64,000 bases of DNA. Source: Bacteroidales bacterium. Its GTDB lineage: Bacteria > Bacteroidota > Bacteroidia > Bacteroidales > UBA10428. The stretch covers positions 7,091 to 71,090 of the forward strand of contig JAFGRC010000172.1 in assembly GCA_016935355.1 (NCBI GenBank), in the 5' to 3' direction. The notes under the pieces are model-generated. The model made no database searches. It saw nothing but the letters and a program-made list of their open reading frames with translations, and was not told the DNA's origin. Both the position numbers and the translations under genes were made by a program. Of this stretch, positions 29,521 to 39,098 are shown in pieces (within the stretch, counting starts at the first letter, position 1; each line of letters opens with the position of its first letter).

Positions 29521-31548
29521 ATGGAATTGTCGGTTATTATAGTAAGCTACAACGTAAAGCATTTCCTTGAACAATGTCTGAATGCCGTTATTCGTTCGGC
29601 CGATACCATCAGGACAGAAATTATAGTTGTTGACAACAATTCGGTTGACGGTTCCGTTCAGATGGTACGGGAAAAATTTCCACAGGTCTTCCTCATTGCA
29701 AACCATTCCAATAACGGATTCGCAAAGGCCAATAACCAGGGCATTGTCATTTCCCGAGGTAAATATGTACTCCTGGTCAATCCCGATACCGTTGTTCAGG
29801 AAGACACCTTTCTAAAATGCATCGAATTTATGGAATCACATCCTGAGGCCGGATCTCTGGGTGTAAAAATGATTGACGGGAAAGGGAGGTTCCTGCCGGA
29901 GTCCAAACGGGCATTCCCCGCGCCGGAAGTGGCATTTTACAAAATATTCGGATTTTCTGCGCTTTTCCCCAGATCAAGGAAGTTTGGCAGGTATTCGCTG
30001 GGATATCTTGACCGGGAAAGTGTTCATGAAGTGGATGTGATCTCCGGAGCCTTTATGTTCATACGCCGGACAGCACTCGATAAATCGGGATTGCTGGATG
30101 AGGATTTTTTTATGTACGGGGAAGATATTGATCTCTCATACCGGATCAAGGAAAGCGGATATTTGAACTATTATTATCCGGAAACCGCCATTATTCACTA
30201 TAAAGGTGAAAGCACAAAAAAAAGCAGCATTAATTATGTGGTGATGTTTTATCAGGCGATGATTATTTTTGCCCGCAAACACTTTTCGAAAAATGCTGCC
30301 CGTTATTATGCTGCGTTGATTCAGACAGCAATCTATTTCAGGGCTGTTGTTTCCATTACCGTACGTTTTTTCACCGGCATCATTAATCCTTTGCTCAATG
30401 CACTCATAGTTTATGCCTGCTATTGTTTGTTCCTTCCGGTCTGGGCAAAACACCTTTTTGGGATCAACGGCAGCTATCCGCGGGAGTATCTTTATTACAT
30501 TGTACCTGCATACATTCTGGTATGGACACTCTCAATCTATTTCTCAGGCGGATATGAAAAACTGGTCAGGCCGGTAAACCTTCTTAAGGGAGTACTGACG
30601 GGTACCATAATTATACTGATCGTGTATGCATTGTTGCCCGAACATTTGAGATTTTCCAGGGCTTTAATTCTGATCGGGACGGTCTGGATGTTCATCACGG
30701 CACTGATCATTCGTCTTTTACTCAGTCAAACGGGCAGCAGTAATTTTAAACTTGAATTGCGCAAAAGAAAAAAGCGCATGATAATCGTTGGCAGCATGGC
30801 TGCCTGCAAGCGTGTATTGGAGATTCTGAACCAGAACGGAATAAAATGTGAATTTGCCGGATGCGTTCATCATATCACCGGGGAGCATGTTCCTGACGGG
30901 TATATCGGACATATCGGACAGATTGAAGAAATCGCCGGCATAAACAGGATTGAGGAAATCATTTTTTGTTCCCGCGATTTGACATCAAAAAACATCATAA
31001 AAACAATGTTGTTGTGCACCGGCACGGATGTCGAATTTAAAATTGCCCAGCCTGAAAGTCTTTCCATCATCGGAAGCAGTTCAGTCAATACCACGGGAGA
31101 CCTTTATGTGGTTCATTCCAACACACTGTCAAGAAGGCTTAACAGGAGAAAGAAGCGGCTGCTCGATATTGCCGTCGCATTGATCCTTGTGCTGATCAGT
31201 CCGGTCATGATGTTTATTGTGAAAAATCCCCGCGGTTATCTGCGGAATATCGGTTTGAACTTTTTAGGATTCACCTCATGGGTAAGCTATTGTCAGTTCT
31301 CAGAAAATCATCCCGGTTTACCCGGTCTGAAAACGGGCGTCCTCACTCCCGCTGACGGCCTGAATGTGGTGTCCATGTCGCCTGAAGCATTGGAAAACCT
31401 GAACTTGCTTTATGCTAAGGATTACAGCATTTCAAATGACATTAGCATCATATTGCGTTCCTGCAGGTATCTGGGAAGAAAACCCGGTTCCAATCCGGCA
31501 AAGAACAGGTCAGGCATGAATAATTCGAACAACAAATCAAAAAGCTGA
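29521..31548 (+). CDS. Family 2 glycosyltransferase fused to a WbaP-like membrane scaffold with a shortened Bac_transf-like C-terminus
   Basis: The first ~250 aa are GT2 (SVIIVSYNV; VVDNNSVDGS; NPD; GEDIDL). About five TM helices follow, then a Rossmann-like MIIVGSMAACKRVLEIL block. The C-terminal segment KRLLDIAVALILVLISPVMMF...PGLKTGVL...LYAKDYSISNDISIILRS resembles the two ends of a polyprenyl-phosphate sugar transferase domain. Confidence 0.8.
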   Translation: MELSVIIVSYNVKHFLEQCLNAVIRSADTIRTEIIVVDNNSVDGSVQMVREKFPQVFLIANHSNNGFAKANNQGIVISRGKYVLLVNPDTVVQEDTFLKCIEFMESHPEAGSLGVKMIDGKGRFLPESKRAFPAPEVAFYKIFGFSALFPRSRKFGRYSLGYLDRESVHEVDVISGAFMFIRRTALDKSGLLDEDFFMYGEDIDLSYRIKESGYLNYYYPETAIIHYKGESTKKSSINYVVMFYQAMIIFARKHFSKNAARYYAALIQTAIYFRAVVSITVRFFTGIINPLLNALIVYACYCLFLPVWAKHLFGINGSYPREYLYYIVPAYILVWTLSIYFSGGYEKLVRPVNLLKGVLTGTIIILIVYALLPEHLRFSRALILIGTVWMFITALIIRLLLSQTGSSNFKLELRKRKKRMIIVGSMAACKRVLEILNQNGIKCEFAGCVHHITGEHVPDGYIGHIGQIEEIAGINRIEEIIFCSRDLTSKNIIKTMLLCTGTDVEFKIAQPESLSIIGSSSVNTTGDLYVVHSNTLSRRLNRRKKRLLDIAVALILVLISPVMMFIVKNPRGYLRNIGLNFLGFTSWVSYCQFSENHPGLPGLKTGVLTPADGLNVVSMSPEALENLNLLYAKDYSISNDISIILRSCRYLGRKPGSNPAKNRSGMNNSNNKSKS

Positions 31549-31632
31549 TCCAAAAGATGTGTTTTTAACAAAAAGTTTATAAATTGATAGCCATTACATA
31601 CTGTTGATGATCTATGAATTGTATATAATTGT

Positions 31633-31640
31633 TAAATTTG
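31633..31640 (+). promoter_or_regulatory. Candidate -7 box (TAAATTTG) upstream of the first PorE-like paralog
   Basis: It matches TAnnTTTG exactly and ends 19 nt before the ATG at 31660. I found no good -33 TTTG at the right spacing. Confidence 0.3.
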
Positions 31641-31659
31641 TTTGATCACGCCTTGAATT

Positions 31660-34600
31660 ATGAAAATACCATCCCGTATCCGATATTCATTATGTATGCT
31701 GATCTTTTCTTCTCTGTTCAGTGTAAATGCCTTTGCCCAGGATGAGGGCAATTTCAAGGAATTGTTCCTCGAAGCTGAGTCTTTTTTCCTCTTTGAGGAG
31801 TTTAAAGATGCACTGCCCTTATATCAAAAGCTTTTACAGCTGGATCCTGAGAATTTCAACATCAATTATAAAATAGGCATATGTTACCTGAATGATCCCT
31901 ATCAGGTCAGCAAATCAATAACATATCTGGAAAATGCGATTAAGGGGACAAGTCCGGGTTACCGGATCAATAACCACAGGGAACGGATGGCACCGCAGGA
32001 GGCATATTATTATCTGGGGAATGCATACCGCGTCAACAACATGCTGGATGATGCCATTGAAATGTATGAGTTTTTCAAAGGGGTAATGGATCCCGTGGTA
32101 TATGATTCTGAACTGGTTGAGGCACAAATTGATGCCTGTGAAGTAGCAAGATCCCTGCAAGCGAGTCCGATTTATTTTACATCGTCAAATTTGGGCGGAA
32201 CGATCAATGAACGGTTTGAAGAAATCAATCCCGTCATTTCAGGTGATGAATCTGTCCTGGTATTTACACGCAAACTGCAGTTTTACGATGCCGTTTTTTA
32301 CAGCAGGAAAGAAAACGGGACATGGAGCTATCCGGTCAATCTCACCGCTTCTTTCGGTGTTGACGGAAATACTAATGTAACGGGAATATCTTATGATGGT
32401 GACGAACTTTTCGTATACCGAAGTGACGATTTTGACGGCAATATATATGTAAGCAGACGTAAAAACGATCAATGGTCACGGCTGGAAAAGCTAAACGATA
32501 ACATTAATACGAAATACTGGGAATCGCATGCTTCCATCTCGGATGATGGTAAAACACTTTACTTTACCAGCAACAGGAAAGGCGGTTACGGAGGACTTGA
32601 CATCTATAAATCGGAACGCAGGGAAGGAGGAAACTGGGGTCCGGCCATTAACCTGGGACCCGTGATCAATACCAAATACAACGAAGACACGCCTTTTGTT
32701 ACCGATGGAGGCTCGACAATTTATTTCAGCTCCATGGGACATTATAATATGGGTGGATATGATATTTTTTACAGTACCAGGCTTGATAACGGACGGTGGT
32801 CGGTTCCCGTCAATGTCGGATATCCGCTCAATTCAACGAACGATGACCGTTTTTTTGTTCCGACCCGTGATGGAGCGTATGCCTACTTTTCAAAATATAA
32901 TGCGGAAGATTCATATGGCCTTGCCGATTTATACAGGATGGAGGTATTTACCGATCTGCATCCAAGAAAATTCATTCTGAACGGTATTGCGCGAATCGAA
33001 GGTAACATCAGTGCAGATCTGACCCGGCATGCGGTGAAACTGGTCAATGCCCGGACAAAAGAAATTGTCGATCAGGATACCATGAATGCTGACGGGACCT
33101 ATACGCTGGATGCTGTATCCGGTGATTTTGAACTGCAGATCAGCCAAAAAGATGTCATTCTCGCCTCTGAAAGAATCTCGATTCCTGCAGACAATCCGTC
33201 AAATGTCATAACACATGCATCGACTTTCAGTCCTGCATCCCGGACTGAAGCTATAGCTGCCGGACCTGCGGAAAGTTTTAAACAGACCGATCTGCCGGTG
33301 ATTAACACCAGGATCAGATCTTACGATGTTACAACGGACCAGTCGATACCCATCGAACTGGAACTCGAAACTGATACGGAATTGGATGTCGAAACACGGG
33401 TAAACGGACAATTATTTAAAACTGAAAATTTTGAAATTGACCAGAGAAGTTTTATTTACATGCTGAAACCCTTTCAGGGTGAGAATACACTCCGGTTTAC
33501 CATCACCAATCGGGAAGGTGTCAGCAATACACTTGAAGTAACCGTGAATTACTTGCCTGAGATTGAAGAACTGGCTGCTGTTAAACCGCTGGAACAAAGT
33601 GTCAGGTCGGACACCAACCGATATGCGGTACTTGGTTCACTTGCAGGTGGAAATCTGGCCGCGTATTTACAGGGAACGGACCTTCAGGAATTGCAGTTCA
33701 GCACCATCGGTGAGTTGTATGAATACCTGGTTACCCAGAGCGATGAGAATAATTTCACGACAGAAGATGTGGATGCGCTGGTAACACGATACCTGGTCCA
33801 GAAGAACCTGGGTTTCTTTGTTGATGAGCTGAAGGACCAGTCTTCTGACAGCATTGTCAGGGCTGTTGACAGGATTTTCATCCAGTCAGCCGATCAATAT
33901 ACACCTGAAACATTGCTGGATCATCTTTTTGGAATTGCTGAACAGGGTAATTATTCTTCAGATGAACTGCAGGATGCCCTTTACAGGATCGCGGCAACCG
34001 ACCGCAATGAACTTTCAGTAATGGATCTTTTGCAATCATATTCCGTAGAAGGCCTCGCCGGTTATCTGGATGACATGAAACAAAACGTTTCCGGATTCCC
34101 TGATGTTGCTTCAATTGCAGACCATATCATGAAAGGCCTGGAGGAAAACTGGTTCAGTCAATCTGAATTTGAAACGGCGCTGAAAAGATCGGCATATGAA
34201 ATAGATGTTAACTTTTTACAGATGAGTCTTTTAAATATATCTGTCGATTCATTGCACCGTACTGTTGCCGGACTTAAACTCTGGGATCAGAACATACGCA
34301 ATGCAACCGAACTGGTCACTTATTTGCTGACGCATTCAGAATCCAATGGCTATACACGAAAAGATGTTCTTGATGATATTGAACAGATAAGGAGCAATCC
34401 TTACTATCTTGTAGAAATGTTCCGTAATACACTGGCAGAAGAAGCTACCGGCAGCCTGAAGATCTTTTTACAGGAAATCGACATAAGAGGACTGAATATT
34501 GACACCTATGGAAAGCTCATCAACTATCTTCTCAGGCAGTCAGAATATCAGGAATTCAACAGGGAAATGATCTACCAGCTTTTAATTGATATTATTGATA

Positions 34601-34965
34601 TCAGTGATGCCGGTGAGTTTGTTGATCTGTTGCTGCAATTCGCAGATGAACGCATTACCTCCGCAATATACGCAACAGATCCCGGACTGTATTCAAGACC
34701 GCTTGAGGTTGTCCAGTATCTTCTTGCTGCTTCCGATGAATATGCATATACGGAGCAGGATCTCCTGAATCTTTTGCTGAAGATATTCTTTGAAAGGAAA
34801 CCCCTGATCCGTGAAATTCCTCAGGAGAAAGGATGGTTTTTCGGAGCGGAAAGGCCTGCATTGATCAAGGCTCTGATTATAGCGAATACGGTCATTATAT
34901 TGCTGATCATCGTATTGATCTTTCTCAGGAGGCAAAAAAGAGATGCACAAAATTCCACTGAATGA
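31660..34965 (+). CDS. PorE-like paralog 1: signal peptide, TPR, PD40 beta-propeller, CRD-like and Ig-like domains, helical repeat array, C-terminal TM anchor
   Basis: Shared family motifs are YKIGICYLN, YYLGNAYRVNNMLDDAI, QFYDAVFYS, GKTLYFTSNRKGGYGGLDIY and TIYFSSMGHYNMGGYDIF. The CRD-like segment is LNGIARIEG...DGTYTLDAVSGDFELQIS. The C-terminal hydrophobic helix is ALIIANTVIILLIIVLIFL followed by RRQKR. There is no OmpA domain. Confidence 0.85.
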   Translation: MKIPSRIRYSLCMLIFSSLFSVNAFAQDEGNFKELFLEAESFFLFEEFKDALPLYQKLLQLDPENFNINYKIGICYLNDPYQVSKSITYLENAIKGTSPGYRINNHRERMAPQEAYYYLGNAYRVNNMLDDAIEMYEFFKGVMDPVVYDSELVEAQIDACEVARSLQASPIYFTSSNLGGTINERFEEINPVISGDESVLVFTRKLQFYDAVFYSRKENGTWSYPVNLTASFGVDGNTNVTGISYDGDELFVYRSDDFDGNIYVSRRKNDQWSRLEKLNDNINTKYWESHASISDDGKTLYFTSNRKGGYGGLDIYKSERREGGNWGPAINLGPVINTKYNEDTPFVTDGGSTIYFSSMGHYNMGGYDIFYSTRLDNGRWSVPVNVGYPLNSTNDDRFFVPTRDGAYAYFSKYNAEDSYGLADLYRMEVFTDLHPRKFILNGIARIEGNISADLTRHAVKLVNARTKEIVDQDTMNADGTYTLDAVSGDFELQISQKDVILASERISIPADNPSNVITHASTFSPASRTEAIAAGPAESFKQTDLPVINTRIRSYDVTTDQSIPIELELETDTELDVETRVNGQLFKTENFEIDQRSFIYMLKPFQGENTLRFTITNREGVSNTLEVTVNYLPEIEELAAVKPLEQSVRSDTNRYAVLGSLAGGNLAAYLQGTDLQELQFSTIGELYEYLVTQSDENNFTTEDVDALVTRYLVQKNLGFFVDELKDQSSDSIVRAVDRIFIQSADQYTPETLLDHLFGIAEQGNYSSDELQDALYRIAATDRNELSVMDLLQSYSVEGLAGYLDDMKQNVSGFPDVASIADHIMKGLEENWFSQSEFETALKRSAYEIDVNFLQMSLLNISVDSLHRTVAGLKLWDQNIRNATELVTYLLTHSESNGYTRKDVLDDIEQIRSNPYYLVEMFRNTLAEEATGSLKIFLQEIDIRGLNIDTYGKLINYLLRQSEYQEFNREMIYQLLIDIIDISDAGEFVDLLLQFADERITSAIYATDPGLYSRPLEVVQYLLAASDEYAYTEQDLLNLLLKIFFERKPLIREIPQEKGWFFGAERPALIKALIIANTVIILLIIVLIFLRRQKRDAQNSTE
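33631..34795 (+). repeat. Protein-level tandem repeats: about six degenerate helical modules of roughly 60-70 aa inside paralog 1
   Basis: The recurring core is [polar]-x-x-E/x-L-h-x-Y-L-h-x-x-S-[DE]-x-x-x-[YF]-[TS]-x-x-[DE]-h. Examples are IGELYEYLVTQSDENNFTTEDVDAL, PETLLDHLFGIAEQGNYSSDELQDAL, ATELVTYLLTHSESNGYTRKDVLDDI, YGKLINYLLRQSEYQEFNREMIYQL and PLEVVQYLLAASDEYAYTEQDLLNLL. Confidence 0.6.
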
Positions 34966-35002
34966 CTGAATGATTAGAAGGCTGCTGTTAAAGTAAAAAT
35001 AA

Positions 35003-37021
35003 ATGAGGCCAGTTCATCCGTTATACCGGTGCATACGAGTAATATGTCTTGTTTCGTTGTTTTCCTTCTTTTATCCCGCAGCAGGTCAGGTAATTGTGCC
35101 TCGACCTGAAGATATCTATGAGGAAGCTGAACAATATGTGTTTGCAGGAGATTATCAGGAAGCTTTGGCTTCATACATGAGCCTTTACGAAAAAGGTTAT
35201 ACCACAGCAAACATCAGCTACAAAATCGGGACCTGCTATCTCAATCTGTCCGGATTAAGAACAAAGGCAATACATTTTCTGCATGACGCTTCCCGGCATG
35301 CATCACGGGTATATTCAGGAGGAGCGTTATATGAAGCCCGGGCACCCGTCAAGTCATTTCTATATCTGGGTATTGCACACCGCATCAACTACGATTTTGA
35401 CCTCGCTGAAAAAGCTTTTCTGACTTATGTTGATTCCCTTGACGAAACAGACGTGACAGGCAGGGCACTGGCTCAATATCACCTGGAACGATGTGAAAAT
35501 GCAAGGGAACTGATCGCATCACCCGCCACCCTGAAAGCAGATACCCTGCCGGGTGTAATAAATAACCGGTTGTCAAATTTTAATCCGCTGGTCACGGATG
35601 ATGAGAAAATACTTTTTTTTAATGAACAACTAAAATTTTATGATGCGGTGATGGTATCCCATAAGGAAGATTATGCATGGTCGGTTCCGGAAAACATCAC
35701 CCCAAAGATCAGATCCGACGGGGATCATTACCTGACGGGAATATCACAGAACGGGGACAGGTTATTGCTTTCAGCACATGATCCTTATATGAGCGGAACG
35801 ATCTATGAGGCTGAGAATATAAACGGCCGGTGGAGACCGCTTAAGGTTTTGAATGATAACATCAATACCCGTTTCAACGAGACACATGCATCTTTTTCAA
35901 AAGATGGGAATACGCTGTATTTTACCAGTGACCGTCCGGGAGGATACGGGGGACTTGATCTCTACAAATCGGAACGGAATGGTACAGGCAACTGGGGTCC
36001 TGCACAGAATCTGGGTCCTCTTGTGAACACACCCTATAATGAAGAAACACCTTTTGTTACCGGAGATCCTGTCATACTTTTTTTCAGTTCACAGGGACAT
36101 TATAACATGGGAGGATATGATATATTCTTTTCCCGCAGGTTTGATGACGGAGCCTGGCAACATCCGGTGAACATCGGCTATCCGGTCAATACTCCCGATG
36201 ATGACCTGTTCTATTATCCCCTGCCTTCAGGCGAGGCGGCTTACAAACCGGTATTACACAACATCCGTGCGGACCCCGATATTGTCCGGTATCAGATTTT
36301 GGAACCCGGTAAGCCTGCCCGGTATACCATCAACGGAAACATTGAAATTGAGGATCAGAACGGGGCCGGTTATTCGGATATCCTGGTTTCCGTGTTCACC
36401 AGACCGGAAAACGATACCATCGGCCGGCACCATCCGGATGATAACGGAACATTCAGTCAGAAAGTCCCCGGTGGATCATTCACACTGGAGATCACCCAAG
36501 GAGGTTATCCGGTTTATTCCAGGGAACTGGAAATACCTTCTTATTTCCCCCATAAGGAACTTGTGCTCAATGCATCCGTCTCTTTACCGTTCCGATCTGC
36601 ACTTGACACATTGATCCTGAGAAACATCAGGTTTGATTTTGATCAAAGTGATATCAGGGATAAAGCCCGGACCTTTCTTGATGGTCTGGCCATGATGTTG
36701 AACAAATATCCCGAAATAACGGTCACTTTGAACGGATATACAGATGCTGTCGGATCCGAGTCCTACAATGTGAAATTATCACTGGAAAGGGCGAGTAATG
36801 CAAGAGATTTTCTAAGCGGACGTAATATCGTTCAAAACCGACTGATGATTAACGGCTTCGGAGAAAATTATCCGGTGGCTTTGAATACAACTCCTGACGG
36901 AAGTGATGTACCTGAAGGCCGGGCATACAACAGGCGGGTGGAAATCGTTCTGGAGAATATTCCGGAGAACCTTACAATTATTAAAGGGAATGATATTCCT
37001 GAAAACCTGCTGATAAAATGA
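35003..37021 (+). CDS. PorE-like paralog 2: signal peptide, TPR, PD40 beta-propeller, CRD-like domain, OmpA_C-like peptidoglycan-binding domain
   Basis: Shared motifs are YKIGTCYLN, KFYDAVMVS, GNTLYFTSDRPGGYGGLDLY and FFSSQGHYNMGGYDIF. The CRD-like segment is YTINGNIEIEDQNG...GSFTLEITQGGY. The OmpA_C motifs are NGYTDAVGSESYNVKLSLERA and GRAYNRRVEIVL. Confidence 0.88.
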   Translation: MRPVHPLYRCIRVICLVSLFSFFYPAAGQVIVPRPEDIYEEAEQYVFAGDYQEALASYMSLYEKGYTTANISYKIGTCYLNLSGLRTKAIHFLHDASRHASRVYSGGALYEARAPVKSFLYLGIAHRINYDFDLAEKAFLTYVDSLDETDVTGRALAQYHLERCENARELIASPATLKADTLPGVINNRLSNFNPLVTDDEKILFFNEQLKFYDAVMVSHKEDYAWSVPENITPKIRSDGDHYLTGISQNGDRLLLSAHDPYMSGTIYEAENINGRWRPLKVLNDNINTRFNETHASFSKDGNTLYFTSDRPGGYGGLDLYKSERNGTGNWGPAQNLGPLVNTPYNEETPFVTGDPVILFFSSQGHYNMGGYDIFFSRRFDDGAWQHPVNIGYPVNTPDDDLFYYPLPSGEAAYKPVLHNIRADPDIVRYQILEPGKPARYTINGNIEIEDQNGAGYSDILVSVFTRPENDTIGRHHPDDNGTFSQKVPGGSFTLEITQGGYPVYSRELEIPSYFPHKELVLNASVSLPFRSALDTLILRNIRFDFDQSDIRDKARTFLDGLAMMLNKYPEITVTLNGYTDAVGSESYNVKLSLERASNARDFLSGRNIVQNRLMINGFGENYPVALNTTPDGSDVPEGRAYNRRVEIVLENIPENLTIIKGNDIPENLLIK

Positions 37022-37129
37022 CCCTGGTCAGTAAAGGATTTTATGTCCGGTTGGTATTGGTTTAATTTAGAATTATTATTGCACTCCCTGCGGATAATTT
37101 ATTAAATTTGTTATAAAATCCCTTCTTAT

Positions 37130-39094
37130 ATGAAAAAAGCACTGGTCTTTGGCTCATTCATAATTTTGTTTTCATTTGTGCATGCGCAGGAAATTGAAAG
37201 ATCTGTATTAAAAGAATACTTTCTGGATGCGGAATTTTTCTTCGCGCAGGAAGCATATGCTGATGCCTTGTACGAATACCTGGAATTATACAATAATGGT
37301 TACCGGGATGTTGCCAACATCAACTACAGGATCGGTATCTGTTACCTGAACATTCCGGGACAAAAGGACAGTTCCATTCCGCATTTGCTTGAAGCCGTAA
37401 AGGATGTATCTTCCAGGTACCGGGAAAGTTCTTTCAGACAGGAAAGTGCACCGGCAGATGCATGGTTGTTCCTGGGCAATGCATACAGGGTCAATAACAT
37501 GCTTGATGAGGCCATTTCCGCATATTCTGCATTCAAAGCACTAACAAAATCGACTGATGAGATACAATTTGCAGATCAGCAGATCACAGCCTGCAATAAT
37601 GCATTACAGTATATGAACCGGCCTCTGGATATCCGGATCACGAATCTGGGCGATTCGATCAACGGGACTTCATCAAATTTCAAGGCTGTTGTTTCGGGTG
37701 ATGGCAGAACCCTGGTTTATATGAATGAACTGCCTTTTTACGATGCCGTATATTTTTCCAGATACCGGAACGGATCATGGTCGGCTCCTGTCAATATCAC
37801 ACCACAAATAGAATCGGACGGTGACCAGTATGTATCATCTGTCTCATATGATGGCACTGTATTATACCTTACCCGGGAGGATCCTTTTAACAGTGATATT
37901 TATACAAGCACTTTTGTGGGGGACAGATGGACAAAGTCACAGCCGATAGCCGGCCAGAACATCAATACCAAATACTGGGAATCCCATGCTTCAATTTCAG
38001 CGGATGGCAGATCCCTGTATTTCACAAGCAACCGCAGGGGAGGATCCGGGAATATGGATGTGTATATTTCAAGACTTCAGGGAGATGGCATATGGGGTGA
38101 ACCGTTGAACCTGGGATCCGGCATCAACACGGCATTGAATGAGGACACGCCCTTTATTACTGAAAATGACAGCCTGTTGTATTTCAGCTCACAGGGTCAT
38201 GAAAATATTGGCGGTTATGATATATTCAGGGTCCGACTAAACCGGGATGGAAGCTGGAGTACTCCTGAAAATATGGGTTATCCGATAAATACCACGGATG
38301 ATGATCTGTTCTATTATCCCTGGCATAATGACCGTATAGGTTATGCATCGTTATACCGTGATGATGGTTATGGCAAGGAGGATATTTTTGCATTTCAGGC
38401 TGCAGACGATAAACCGTTATATGAATTGATCGCTGAATTGTTGCCTCAGGAAACGATGCCTCCGGAACAGTCAATAGAGGAAAGTGTTGATGCGGAGACA
38501 GTTGCAGCTGATGCTGCAGTTTCAGGTACAGAAACTTCCGGCGGACAGGCTGCCGCAACCGGCATGCCTGAAAAGGAGGTTGGTGAAGCCGAAGCACCGG
38601 AGACTGAAAAAGAGCAGACAGAAGTTGCAGAGGCTGCACCATCTGAAGTTCCGGAACCTGCTGGTAAAAAGCTTTTGGAGGTTGAACTCAATCCGCTATA
38701 TTTTAGTTTTGATGATCATGAACTCACTGAAACGGGCAAAAATGAACTCCAAAAAATATACGACCTGCTTTCTGAATTTCCGGAAGTACATTTAAGGTTG
38801 ATGGGTTATACAGATGCAGTAGGACCGGCTGCATACAACCTCGGATTGTCTGAAAGGCGGGCAGTTTCTGCCATGAACCATCTCGTGGATCTTGGTATGG
38901 ATGTAAAAAGGCTGACAGCGGTGGGACTCGGGGAAACCGGTTTTGCAGCAATAAACACCAATGCTGATGGCACGGATAATCCTGAAGGCAGGAGGCTGAA
39001 CAGAAGGGTTGAATTTGATATCATGGGACTGGAAGAGCAAATGATCATCATCAGAAGACCGGCAGTACCCGAAAATCTCAGATTCAAAGAATAA
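37130..39094 (+). CDS. PorE-like paralog 3: signal peptide, TPR, PD40 beta-propeller, acidic low-complexity linker, OmpA_C-like domain
   Basis: Shared motifs are YRIGICYLN, LFLGNAYRVNNMLDEAI, PFYDAVYFS, GRSLYFTSNRRGGSGNMDVY and LYFSSQGHENIGGYDIF. The E/A/T/P-rich linker spans about 38401-38672. The OmpA_C motifs are MGYTDAVGPAAYNLGLSERRA and GRRLNRRVEF. Confidence 0.88.
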   Translation: MKKALVFGSFIILFSFVHAQEIERSVLKEYFLDAEFFFAQEAYADALYEYLELYNNGYRDVANINYRIGICYLNIPGQKDSSIPHLLEAVKDVSSRYRESSFRQESAPADAWLFLGNAYRVNNMLDEAISAYSAFKALTKSTDEIQFADQQITACNNALQYMNRPLDIRITNLGDSINGTSSNFKAVVSGDGRTLVYMNELPFYDAVYFSRYRNGSWSAPVNITPQIESDGDQYVSSVSYDGTVLYLTREDPFNSDIYTSTFVGDRWTKSQPIAGQNINTKYWESHASISADGRSLYFTSNRRGGSGNMDVYISRLQGDGIWGEPLNLGSGINTALNEDTPFITENDSLLYFSSQGHENIGGYDIFRVRLNRDGSWSTPENMGYPINTTDDDLFYYPWHNDRIGYASLYRDDGYGKEDIFAFQAADDKPLYELIAELLPQETMPPEQSIEESVDAETVAADAAVSGTETSGGQAAATGMPEKEVGEAEAPETEKEQTEVAEAAPSEVPEPAGKKLLEVELNPLYFSFDDHELTETGKNELQKIYDLLSEFPEVHLRLMGYTDAVGPAAYNLGLSERRAVSAMNHLVDLGMDVKRLTAVGLGETGFAAINTNADGTDNPEGRRLNRRVEFDIMGLEEQMIIIRRPAVPENLRFKE

Positions 39095-39098
39095 ACCG

